Source of the DNA: Candidatus Hydrogenedentota bacterium
GTDB taxonomy: Bacteria; Hydrogenedentota; Hydrogenedentia; Hydrogenedentales; SLHB01
Length of the DNA stretch: 52,177 bases
Direction: 5' to 3'
NCBI GenBank assembly: GCA_034408725.1
Contig: JAWXCN010000161.1
Span: 1 to 52,177 of the forward strand
Shown here: one piece after another, positions 1 to 7,968 of the stretch
Position numbering within the stretch: the stretch's first letter is position 1
Layout of the letters: every line of letters starts with the position of its first letter
Made by a program: the position numbers and the translations under genes
Notes under the pieces: model-generated
Told to the model about the DNA's origin: nothing
Seen by the model: the letters and a program-made list of their open reading frames with translations, nothing else
Databases searched by the model: none

Positions 1-376
1 CCGCTTTTACCTTCGCGCGGCACACCGCCTTGTCGCCGCTCAACGAGATCGCTTCCGGACTCGGCCCGATAAATCCGATGTTGCACTCCCGGCACATCGC
101 CGCAAACTTCGCGTTCTCGGAAAGGAACCCGTAACCAGGATGGATCGCGTGCGCATCACAAATTTCTGCCGCGGTAATAATTCCGGGAATGTGCAGGTAA
201 CTCTCCGCAGCGGTAGCGGGACCAATGCAAATACTCTCATCGGCAAGGGACGCGTGCAGGCATTCGGTATCCGCCTGCGAGTACACCGCAATCGAGGTTA
301 TCCCCGATTCGCGGCAAGCGCGAATGATGCGCACGGCGATTTCGCCGCGATTTGCTATGAGTATCCTGCGGAACAT
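1..376 (-). CDS. accC: Acetyl-CoA carboxylase biotin carboxylase subunit (5' part; runs off window)
   Basis: Manual translation from ATG at 376: [23 protein letters not shown]...[14 protein letters not shown]...[15 protein letters not shown]; downstream of accB. Confidence 0.96.
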   Translation of the reverse strand, partial: MFRRILIANRGEIAVRIIRACRESGITSIAVYSQADTECLHASLADESICIGPATAAESYLHIPGIITAAEICDAHAIHPGYGFLSENAKFAAMCRECNIGFIGPSPEAISLSGDKAVCRAKVKA

Positions 377-381
377 GTTGA

Positions 382-861
382 TTAGCTCACAGTCACGGTT
401 TCACCCGCGCCACCTTCCCTCGCCCCGTCTTTTTCGTGCTCGTGCTCGTCTTCGTAATCGTCACTCGTAGTATCGACATACGCAACACCATCTTCACGAA
501 CGGCACTCTCGCGCTGGTCCGTCATTTTTGACAGCATCGACACAATTCTAAAAAGTAGTTCCTTGCCCGTGACAGTCTGGCTCGCATCAACAGCGGCGAC
601 TGTAACCAGCACATCCAGGGTCGCGGCACTTTCCATGGCCGAGCCCCGCGCTATTTCAAAATACCGTTTGCGTTCCGCCAAATGCCGTTTGCCATTCCCT
701 TCTGCGATATTGAGCGGGATAGATTGGCTTGAGCGCGTAAGTTGGTCTCGCGCGTTCCGGTGGCGTGAAGGAATCAGCGTGTTTAAGTCACTCACAAACC
801 TGACAAATTCGAGGCTGGCGCGGTAGACGTGAAGTTTCTCGTGGTCGAACTCCCGATTCAC
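382..861 (-). CDS. Four helix bundle protein (23S rRNA IVS/S23-like, bAvd-like family)
   Basis: FDHEKLHVY...[20 protein letters not shown]...[15 protein letters not shown] motifs; likely GTG start at 861. Confidence 0.92.
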   Translation of the reverse strand: MNREFDHEKLHVYRASLEFVRFVSDLNTLIPSRHRNARDQLTRSSQSIPLNIAEGNGKRHLAERKRYFEIARGSAMESAATLDVLVTVAAVDASQTVTGKELLFRIVSMLSKMTDQRESAVREDGVAYVDTTSDDYEDEHEHEKDGAREGGAGETVTVS

Positions 862-922
862 CGATTTAACTCGGGAACGGGAGTAACGAGTGCGATTACG
901 AATGACGAGCACGAGCACAAAA
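431..922. repeat. Imperfect ~38-bp inverted repeat arms (431-468 and 886-922) built of GAGCAC/GATTAC hexamers, enclosing the four-helix-bundle gene
   Basis: TTTTCGTGCTCGTGCTCGTCTTCGTAATCGTCACTCGT vs reverse complement of right arm TTTTGTGCTCGTGCTCGTCATTCGTAATCGCACTCGT. Confidence 0.9.
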
Positions 923-973
923 CGTCGCAGGCCTTTGCATGGCGTATACTCTCAATCCTCTTCATCCCGCGTG

Positions 974-1456
974 TCACTCCACCAATCTCACCGCAAACAT
1001 CGGCTGCCCATACTCCACCGGCTCCCCATTCTCCACAAGAACATTCACAATTTCGCATTTGAATTTCGACGCAACCTCGTTCATCAATTTCATCGCCTCG
1101 ACGATGCACACCGCCTGGTTCTCCTCGATGATATCCCCCGCCTTCACAAACGGAGGTTCGCCTGGTGACGGGGAGCCATAGAACACGCCGACCATGGGCG
1201 ATTCAATGGTGACGAGTGACTCGTCATGCTCGGCTTCCGTGGACACGGTGGAAATTACGCCGGGCGCGGGCACGGCCGCTGATGGCCCCGGCGATGGCGC
1301 GACCGCTGGAACGTGCGCGATCACATGCTGCGGGTGCTCGGCCACCGGCAAACTCTTCGTAAGCCGGATGCGGCGACCTTCTTCTTCAAATTCAATTTCC
1401 GAGAGACCGGATTCCTGAAATATTCCAATCAGCTCGCGAAGTTTATCCAAATCCAA
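974..1456 (-). CDS. accB: Biotin carboxyl carrier protein
   Basis: ESPMVGVFY and EAMKLMNE biotinylation motif, Pro/Ala linker. Confidence 0.97.
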   Translation of the reverse strand: MDLDKLRELIGIFQESGLSEIEFEEEGRRIRLTKSLPVAEHPQHVIAHVPAVAPSPGPSAAVPAPGVISTVSTEAEHDESLVTIESPMVGVFYGSPSPGEPPFVKAGDIIEENQAVCIVEAMKLMNEVASKFKCEIVNVLVENGEPVEYGQPMFAVRLVE

Positions 1457-1495
1457 TGCGCAGACCTCCCCGTGGGACTACTGCTTGACGGTGTG

Positions 1496-2053
1496 TTACG
1501 CGCGTTCGATGTAAGCCGAAGTGCGTGTATCCACTTTGATCGTTTCACCCTCGCCTACGAACAGCGGCACCTGTACGACCGCGCCCGTCTCGAGTGTGGC
1601 CGGTTTCGTTCCGCCGGTCGAGCGATCCCCCTGAATGCCGGGGTCGCACTTCGTAATCTTTAACGTCACCGTGATGGGCACTTTAACCATGATCACCTTC
1701 CCGTCGTGAAAGACGAGATTGACGATCATGTTTTCCTTGAACCATTTCGCGTTATCGCCGACGGTCGTCTCACCCACCGGAATCTGCTCGTAACTTTCCG
1801 GATGCATGAAGTGATACAAATCCCCGTCGTGATACAGATATTGCCAGCCAGCTTCCTCGAGCCGCACGTTCTCCATTTTTTCGCCCGATCGAAAGGTCTT
1901 CTCGATGACGCGGCCCGAAAGCACGTTCTTGAACTTCGTGCGCACAAACGCCCCGCCCTTGCCCGGCTTCACATGTTGAAACTCGATTATTTCCATGAGC
2001 TGGCCTTCCTGCAAAACCACCAGCCCATTCCGGAATTCCGCCGTCGAAATCAT
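1496..2053 (-). CDS. efp: Elongation factor P
   Basis: HVKPGKGGAFVRTK, KPATLETG, VPLFV..GE.IKVDTR. Confidence 0.98.
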   Translation of the reverse strand: MISTAEFRNGLVVLQEGQLMEIIEFQHVKPGKGGAFVRTKFKNVLSGRVIEKTFRSGEKMENVRLEEAGWQYLYHDGDLYHFMHPESYEQIPVGETTVGDNAKWFKENMIVNLVFHDGKVIMVKVPITVTLKITKCDPGIQGDRSTGGTKPATLETGAVVQVPLFVGEGETIKVDTRTSAYIERA

Positions 2054-3138
2054 ACTCCCAAAACCCTCAATTCCTTTGGAGCCTTACTCAGGTTCTCGCA
2101 TCCGTCCTCCGTCACAACGACAAGGTCCTCGATGCGGACTCCCCCCTGCCCTGGCAGGTAAATACCCGGTTCAACCGTCACCACCACGCCCGGCGACAAA
2201 ACCGCCGAAGACTCAGGGTTGAGCCGCGGAGTTTCGTGGATTTCTATCCCGACACCGTGACCCAAACCATGGCCAAAGTGTTTGCCATGACCGCCTTCCG
2301 TAATGATGTCCCGCGCAATCGCGTCTACATCACGGCAGGCTTTTCCCGGACCCACGGCCTCGAGCGCGCGGCGTTGCGCAGTCAGAGTGAGGTGATAAAT
2401 GTCCTCAAACCAAGCGCCGGGGATCGTACCGAAGGCAAAAGTTCGAGTCAAGTCACTGCAATACCCATTCAGCCTGCATCCGAAATCCAGCAGTACAATA
2501 TCCCCGTGCTCCAAAGGCTTGTCGCCCGGCTGACCGTGTGGCAACGACCCCCGCGACCCGAACAGCGCAATCGTATCGAACGATGCCCCGGTCGCGCCGC
2601 GCGCCTTGAACTCGAATTCAAACTTCGCCGCCAACTCGCGCTCGGTGATGCCCGGCTTCAACGTCTCAATCAGGTCTGCCAACACCCCTTCCGCCAACGC
2701 GCCCGCTGCCCGGATCGTGTCGATCTCTTCCTTGTCCTTCACCATCCGCAACGGCGACACAATATCCGGCGCCGGCCGCAGCTCGCCCGAATACGCCGAC
2801 TTCGTGTAGTCGAGATCGGCAACCGTCATATACCCCGGCTCGAATGCAACCGACGCCGCGCCAAGCTCCGCAAGCTTCTCGCCCGCGCGCATCTGGATGT
2901 TCCCCGGCACCTCCTGCAAGCTAAATCCCATCACCTGCGTCGCCGCCTGCTCCGTATACCGGAAATCATTCAAAAAAATCGCATCGCCCTGCGTCACAAT
3001 CACCGCAGAAGTCGACCCCCGAAACCCTGTCAACCACTGGTTCGTCGCCGGCGCAAAACTCAAAAACGCCTCGCAATCCGCATTCGCGAGGCGGGCCCGC
3101 AACCTATCTATTCTCACATTCATCCCCTCTATGCCCAT
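2050..3138 (-). CDS. Xaa-Pro aminopeptidase/dipeptidase (M24 family)
   Basis: DFGC..GYCSDLTRT, HGLGHGVGIEIHE, VEPGIY, GVRIED metal ligands; typical position upstream of efp. Confidence 0.95.
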   Translation of the reverse strand: MGIEGMNVRIDRLRARLANADCEAFLSFAPATNQWLTGFRGSTSAVIVTQGDAIFLNDFRYTEQAATQVMGFSLQEVPGNIQMRAGEKLAELGAASVAFEPGYMTVADLDYTKSAYSGELRPAPDIVSPLRMVKDKEEIDTIRAAGALAEGVLADLIETLKPGITERELAAKFEFEFKARGATGASFDTIALFGSRGSLPHGQPGDKPLEHGDIVLLDFGCRLNGYCSDLTRTFAFGTIPGAWFEDIYHLTLTAQRRALEAVGPGKACRDVDAIARDIITEGGHGKHFGHGLGHGVGIEIHETPRLNPESSAVLSPGVVVTVEPGIYLPGQGGVRIEDLVVVTEDGCENLSKAPKELRVLGV

Positions 3139-3148
3139 TAACTTCGAA

Positions 3149-3635
3149 TTATTCTCCGGCTGCCTTTAGCGTCAAAACCATTGCCCTGGCAGAAATTCGA
3201 AAACCGATTTTCGTTAACTTTTCGACTTTGGGACCGACCGCCTGGATAATCCCTGCCTGCTTTGCGTGGACTAATAATCCCAAGGTGCCAATGTACGGTA
3301 TACCCAGTCTCATAGCCATTTTGCGACCCCATGCGATCATCCAGCGCTGCGACCGTCTCTTGTATATTTATTATGGCGCACTTCAACACTTCTCGTTCAC
3401 CTGCGCCCAGACCCGACGCATCCAAAACTTTGTGAAAATAATCGGCGCCACAAACCTGTACCCAGGAAATTGTTTGAACGTCTGGAAGCACCACGCCGCG
3501 CGTGATCCCGGCATTGAGTTCGTCTAAGAAGGCCGCTGGGATTCTTACTACGGTCGAAATCGACGGTAAAACATGAAGAAGTTCGATTTGATACAAATAC
3601 TGTATAACAGACGTGTCACAAACCAAATCACGCAA
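3149..3635 (-). pseudogene. DUF3368 PIN-domain toxin, frameshifted
   Basis: N-half LVCDTSVIQYL...LGAGEREV...LDDRMG in one frame; C-half RKMAMRLGIPYIGTLGLLVHAKQAG in another; one extra G in the G4 run at 3327-3330. Confidence 0.85.
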
Positions 3636-3879
3636 GGTCTGCTTCGCCCTCAAATTCCTCCTCGCTGAAATCGAAAGTATCCACTCCGTAATCACCCAGC
3701 TTCTGAAGGAAAACGGTGCGAGGAATACCCGCGAACTCCGCCGCCGCGCCCGAAGACATGCGGCCCATCTCATACAACTTCACCGCAGCCAGCATGCGCA
3801 ATTCGTCTCCCATCGCATCCGGCGACACATGAAGCAAGTCCGCAGCCAGGTCTGGAAGGGATATGGTAATGGTGCTCAT
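3628..3879 (-). CDS. UPF0175 family putative antitoxin
   Basis: LRMLAAVKLYEMGRMSSGAAAEFAGIPRTVFL; overlaps DUF3368 start. Confidence 0.9.
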   Translation of the reverse strand: MSTITISLPDLAADLLHVSPDAMGDELRMLAAVKLYEMGRMSSGAAAEFAGIPRTVFLQKLGDYGVDTFDFSEEEFEGEADLA

Positions 3880-3949
3880 GATTCTATCTCCTCAACGCAC
3901 ATTCTCCGCCATTCCCACGCCAACCCGCAAATTGCCAACCCCAATACCA

Positions 3950-4144
3950 TTCACCACGAAGACACGAAGAAATTCCTCGAATTGTGCCTTCTTGACGAAG
4001 TTTTCCGGCTAGGCTTTTCGTGCAGCTATTCTTTCTCAAATCCCCGTGCTCCCCGTGTCCCCGTGGTCATATTTTTTTTGCGCCATTTGCGTTTTTTCGC
4101 GGCCATTCTTTCTTACTTCGTGTTCTTCGTGCCTTCGTGGTGAA
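3950..4144. repeat. Inverted pair of CACGAAG-type 9-nt-period arms (3950-3975 / 4116-4144) with two other repeat arms stacked inside
   Basis: TTCACCACGAAGACACGAAGAA vs CTTCGTGTTCTTCGTGCCTTCGTGGTGAA; internal CCCCGTGCTCCCCGTGTCCCCGTGGT (4042-4067) and TTTGCGCCATTTGCGTTTTTTCGCGGCC (4077-4104). Confidence 0.8.
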
Positions 4145-4177
4145 AAAAAAGGGCCGCACCCTTCGGCGCGGCCCTTT
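4143..4177 (-). terminator. Rho-independent terminator downstream of blaR1-like gene
   Basis: Minus strand GGGCCGCGCC-GAAG-GGTGCGGCCC followed by T8. Confidence 0.88.
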
Positions 4178-4187
4178 AATAATTTCC

Positions 4188-6542
4188 TTAACGCGATTCT
4201 ATTACGGCAATTTCCTTGACTGAATCTCCCGCGGCATTCTCAATTCCATCCAATCCCAACAGGGCGCCGATAAACGCCTCCGTCATCGGATATTTCCCCG
4301 GATACTCTACAAATTCCGCGTGCCCATCCATATACAACACGTTGGCCCCCATTTTTCCGTCCGGCCAGCTGCGCGGTCTGCCCACAATCACGGGAATTTT
4401 ACTTTGCTGTGTCGCGGCTTGCGTGGGGTCATTGATGTCTGTAATTAGAAACCGCTCAATTCCCTCTCGCAACAATCGCATTTTCTGCGCGGCCTTACCT
4501 TCGAAACCCACTTCCTGCGGCAACGGAGTTCCCTTGACAACTGTCTCGCGATAGGTCTCCACAAATTTCAGTCCTGCTGCCTCCTCTTGCGTCGCATACG
4601 GAATGTACCAATAGCTCCTATCGTCGAAATACGCGTCCGCATCATCGGTTCCGGGACGTTCCACCCATGGACTCAACAGCACTTTTGGATCGCTCAGATA
4701 TTCCGGATACACCGATTCCTGGTCCATGATGATTCGCCCCGCGCGTTCATCGATTAGGGGATACGAGCCTTCCTCGTCATTCGCATACATCTTCAACACG
4801 AGACCCAACTGCTTGAGGTTGTTCTGATCCGAAGCGATCTGTTCCCGCATAGTGCGAGCGACATCTTCGTTCGCCGATGGAACCGGTTTTCCTATGCGCG
4901 AACCAAGTGTGGGTCGCTCAACTTGCTGCGCTCCATCCTTTACTGCCGGAACGGGCTTTACTACTGGAACAGGTTTTACTACCGGAACGGCTTCGACAGT
5001 CGCGCCCGTGGAACGTGTCCCGATCTGCGCTCTAAATCCTTCATCCCTCAGCAGTTCGGGTGATGAAATCCAGATGTAGCCATCGTCGAAGGCGTAGTCC
5101 AATCCCATTGGACGCAGCAAGGCCGACAACGCCGCGCGCACGGTCACATTATTGAGTTTAATGCTGCTGACCGTACCCACGCTTCGATGGGTGGGATCTG
5201 TGACTTCGTTTTTAGACCGCACCACGCGGGCGTCAATCACGAAATTAAGTTCGGTAGAATCACTCAGGTATTGAAGCACGTCCTGAAGGTGCGTTTCCTC
5301 GAACTCCAGACTAATCGCGCTGTCAAGTTGTACAAGGGCCCATTCCGGAGTTGGTTCAGTATTTTTGGCCACGATGAATGATGCATCCGATAAAGTACTG
5401 CTTGATTCTGCTCGCGGCGCTGTTGACGGCTGGGTAATTAAATCGGTCCCCACGCTCGCATTTGTCAATCCGATACAAACCAGTATGGCGATCACCGCGA
5501 GCGCGAGCGCCGACCAGCCGTACGAGCCTTTCTTGAATAAAGCAATCATCGCGATTCTCCTTTTGAGGGCAGACTTGCCTTCGACAATTCCCACAACTCC
5601 GGGGACGGAATGAAACGCGCGTGAGCGATCCAGCAGCGCGAGGATGGTGTTACCGTAGGACTTCGCTTCATCCGTATCTGAAGCACTGAGCGCAAGCGCG
5701 TCACACGCCAGCTCGCGGTCAGACCGCATGCGATGAAACGCAAACCATAACAGCGGATTGAACCAATGCACGAGCAGCAGTAACGACGTGAGCCAATTCG
5801 CAAGGATGTCACGGCGCTTGTGGTGCGCTACTTCGTGCATGAAGACATGCCGCAATGTTGTCTGGTCCGCATCGCGCGCCAACGCGTTCGGAATCAATAT
5901 TCGAGGCCGTATCCAGCCAAACAGCGCAGGGCCGCGATCCCAATCCACCGCCACAACAGTCATCGGCGTCGCAACACCCAGCCGTTCCTTGCAATCTTCT
6001 AATACGTTCAACACCGCCGGATCGATCACCGGACGACACCGCCGCACACGCCGCAGCACCGCAATGTTGTTAACAGCCATAACGAAGCCCAGCGCGATCA
6101 CTCCCGCGATCCAAGCGACAGTCAGGCGGCCCCAAACCGTAAGCGTGCTACTCACGGAACGGTCCACATCCGCGGAACCAGCCACCAGCGCTGACGCTCC
6201 AGCAGAGATTTCGTTTGCGTCCGGCGGTGGCGGGAACTCCAGTTTATCAATTCCTGGCGCGGCCCCGACATACGACCAGCTTCCTTGAGGCAAATCTAGC
6301 TGAGTGGAGAAATTTTCTGGAAGCCGTAACAAATTAAAGACACTAATACTGCTCGAAGGGGCTACCGGCATCACCAGCCGAGCCACCACCACGAACCACA
6401 GCGCATAGCTCCAGCGCGGTGTCAGATTGCGCTTCAACGCAGCCTGCACAACCATTACTAAAACCACCAGCACCGCCGCTTGAAAAGACGTCGGTATCAC
6501 CCAACCCAACAAACCGATTGCGCTCGTCATCCAGTTGTCCAT
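4188..6542 (-). CDS. BlaR1/MecR1-like M56 metallopeptidase sensor with STN-like and DUF1559/H-X9-DG-like extracytoplasmic domains
   Basis: GPALFGWIRPRILIP, HEVAH..RRD, HWFNPLLW, DRELACD, LKRRI; then ISLEFEETHLQDVL...L.NVTVRAAL; then NNLKQLGLVLKMYAN...GANVLYMDGH. Confidence 0.9.
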   Translation of the reverse strand: MDNWMTSAIGLLGWVIPTSFQAAVLVVLVMVVQAALKRNLTPRWSYALWFVVVARLVMPVAPSSSISVFNLLRLPENFSTQLDLPQGSWSYVGAAPGIDKLEFPPPPDANEISAGASALVAGSADVDRSVSSTLTVWGRLTVAWIAGVIALGFVMAVNNIAVLRRVRRCRPVIDPAVLNVLEDCKERLGVATPMTVVAVDWDRGPALFGWIRPRILIPNALARDADQTTLRHVFMHEVAHHKRRDILANWLTSLLLLVHWFNPLLWFAFHRMRSDRELACDALALSASDTDEAKSYGNTILALLDRSRAFHSVPGVVGIVEGKSALKRRIAMIALFKKGSYGWSALALAVIAILVCIGLTNASVGTDLITQPSTAPRAESSSTLSDASFIVAKNTEPTPEWALVQLDSAISLEFEETHLQDVLQYLSDSTELNFVIDARVVRSKNEVTDPTHRSVGTVSSIKLNNVTVRAALSALLRPMGLDYAFDDGYIWISSPELLRDEGFRAQIGTRSTGATVEAVPVVKPVPVVKPVPAVKDGAQQVERPTLGSRIGKPVPSANEDVARTMREQIASDQNNLKQLGLVLKMYANDEEGSYPLIDERAGRIIMDQESVYPEYLSDPKVLLSPWVERPGTDDADAYFDDRSYWYIPYATQEEAAGLKFVETYRETVVKGTPLPQEVGFEGKAAQKMRLLREGIERFLITDINDPTQAATQQSKIPVIVGRPRSWPDGKMGANVLYMDGHAEFVEYPGKYPMTEAFIGALLGLDGIENAAGDSVKEIAVIESR

Positions 6543-6544
6543 GA

Positions 6545-6919
6545 CTAAGACCCCTTCTCGTCCAGAACACGCCGGAGTTCTTCAATCTCCTCCGCGCTCA
6601 GCTTTTCCAATTCAAGGAAATGCGACAGCATTGGTGTCAGTGCGCCCCGATACACCCGCTCCAGAAACGACCGGCTCTCCGCCCGCGCGCAATCCTCTTC
6701 CTGCACCAGAGGGTAGTAGTGGTAGATACGCCCGTTCGCCTCGTACCCCAGCGCCTTCTTTTTCACCAACCGGTTCAACAATGTCTTGATGGTTTGTGGG
6801 CTCCACGCCGTCTCCGCTTCCAAAGCCCCGACCACGTCATTCGCAGTCCGCGGTGATTTGTCCCATATCACCCGCATCACCACCCATTCCGAAACGGAGA
6901 TACCCGGTAAGTTCCGCAT
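6545..6919 (-). CDS. BlaI/MecI/CopY family repressor
   Basis: ISVSEWVVMRVIW, WSPQTIKTLLNRLVKK, LSAEEIEELRRVL; exact start uncertain (6919-6931). Confidence 0.95.
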   Translation of the reverse strand: MRNLPGISVSEWVVMRVIWDKSPRTANDVVGALEAETAWSPQTIKTLLNRLVKKKALGYEANGRIYHYYPLVQEEDCARAESRSFLERVYRGALTPMLSHFLELEKLSAEEIEELRRVLDEKGS

Positions 6920-6939
6920 TGAATGCATCATCCCTTTCT

Positions 6940-6987
6940 GATTACATCTGTAATCGCTATAATTACACATGTAATCAAAAAAGTCAA
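6940..6987 (-). promoter_or_regulatory. Two BlaI/CopY-type operator palindromes overlapping promoter
   Basis: GATTACA-TC-TGTAATC (6940-6955) and ATTACA-CA-TGTAAT (6962-6975) match TACAnnTGTA; TTGACT -35-like at 6987-6982. Confidence 0.88.
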
Positions 6988-6999
6988 TGCCCGGATTTT

Positions 7000-7128
7000 T
7001 TCACCACGAAGGCACGAAGAAATTCAAGAAACACCTCCCGTAGATGCGAGACACCCCGGAAAACTCCCGAATAAATCTGTTTCTTTTTTTTCAATTTCTT
7101 GTCTTCGTGCCCTTCGTGCCTTCGTGGT
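7000..7128. repeat. Second inverted pair of CACGAAG-type arms (7000-7030 / 7096-7128)
   Basis: TTCACCACGAAGGCACGAAGAAATTC vs CTTCGTGCCCTTCGTGCCTTCGTGGT. Confidence 0.82.
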
Positions 7129-7164
7129 AAAAAAAAACGGGGCCGCGCCTTTCGGCACGGCCCC
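7129..7164 (-). terminator. Rho-independent terminator
   Basis: Minus strand GGGGCCGTGCC-GAAA-GGCGCGGCCCC-G followed by T9. Confidence 0.9.
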
Positions 7165-7189
7165 TGGAAAAACAGTCCTGAACGCGCTC

Positions 7190-7297
7190 CTAACGCGACG
7201 GGCCTGAACGATTCTCCTGTTCGAGATTGCTCAATTTCATGACATGCATGGCATGCCCAACCCTGGCATCAGGAGACCACGTACTCGGACTACACAT
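7190..7297 (-). CDS. Possible 35-aa small ORF (MCSPSTWSPDARVGHAMHVMKLSNLEQENRSGPSR)
   Basis: ATG directly after the extended SD; no recognisable homology. Confidence 0.35.
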   Translation of the reverse strand: MCSPSTWSPDARVGHAMHVMKLSNLEQENRSGPSR

Positions 7298-7387
7298 AGG
7301 CTGGACCACCTCCTTCCCGGCGTCATCGCGCATCCCGGCCGCCCAACATTGTGCGCCTTCGTCACAACGAGCCACTTGTCGGATGAC

Positions 7388-7396
7388 ATTATACCA
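7388..7396 (-). promoter_or_regulatory. Extended -10 sigma70 promoter
   Basis: Minus strand TG-G-TATAAT, perfect consensus. Confidence 0.7.
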
Positions 7397-7414
7397 CAAG
7401 GTATGCGCACTGCC

Positions 7415-7968
7415 GATTTTAGATTTTAGATTTTGGATTTTAGATTCGTGGTCGCCGAAGCCCTCGCGAGTTGTTTCGGCTTATTCAAACCCCGCAGCGT
7501 TCGTATAGAAGCCACAATCATGGCCAAAATCTCATCTGTCTCGCGCATCAATGATTCGAGCTTCTTTTTTGGCAGAGTTTCCGAAGCCACAAACAGTTCC
7601 AGCCAGTACAGGGTCTAATCCGCTTCTTCTTCTACGATACCGAGTTTGCTTATGACATCCGCCGCACTTCTTCCCCTGCAAGCCGCACGGTAATTAGCGC
7701 CGACAGAAGTCGCGGAGCGAAGGAGCTGTCTTCCGATAGTCTGCGCAGTCATGTTTTTCGGTAACGCGTTCACAAGCCGAATGACTCTTAATCCCAGCCT
7801 CTTCGTCCGTGCCTTAAACTCCGCTTGGTTCATATTTCGAATCCAATAGGTTTAAAGGAGAGAGCAAATCCCCGATACAAAAACGACTGTTCGCACTCCA
7901 CGTTCAAAGTCTCCGCGCGTCCTTTCCCCAATCTAAAATCCAAAATCTAAAATCTAAAATCTAAAATC
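7415..7968. repeat. Perfect 32-bp inverted repeat of GATTTTA heptamers (7415-7446 / 7930-7968) enclosing second four-helix-bundle gene
   Basis: GATTTTAGATTTTAGATTTTGGATTTTAGATT vs AATCTAAAATCCAAAATCTAAAATCTAAAATC(TAAAATC); variant unit is mirrored. Confidence 0.95.
7426..7833 (-). pseudogene. Four helix bundle protein with in-frame TAG
   Basis: QLLRSATSVGANYRAACRGRS...IVEEEAD*TLYWLEL...EILAMIVASIRTL; TAG at 7617-7615 where Glu (GAG) is expected; frame continues to TAA at 7428-7426. Confidence 0.9.

Larger units (their letters stand above)
7129..7382 (-). ncRNA. Candidate ~250-nt small transcript (sRNA or small-ORF mRNA) with 17-nt complementarity to 16S rRNA 3' end
   Basis: Bounded by extended -10 and intrinsic terminator; contains AAGGAGGTGGTCCAGCC (7315-7299). 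Confidence 0.55.

Noticed and set aside
4940-4992. 18-bp tandem repeat as a regulatory or phase-variable locus
   Set aside because: In-frame, degenerate at synonymous sites; encodes a PVPVVK linker.
7299-7315. 16S rRNA gene fragment on the plus strand
   Set aside because: Match is limited to 17 nt; flanks do not continue helix 45 or an ITS; promoter and terminator point to the complementary strand.
7615-7617. Programmed amber readthrough (pyrrolysine or recoding)
   Set aside because: TAG replaces a conserved Glu by a single G>T change; TAG is used as a normal stop elsewhere in the window; no pyl genes seen.
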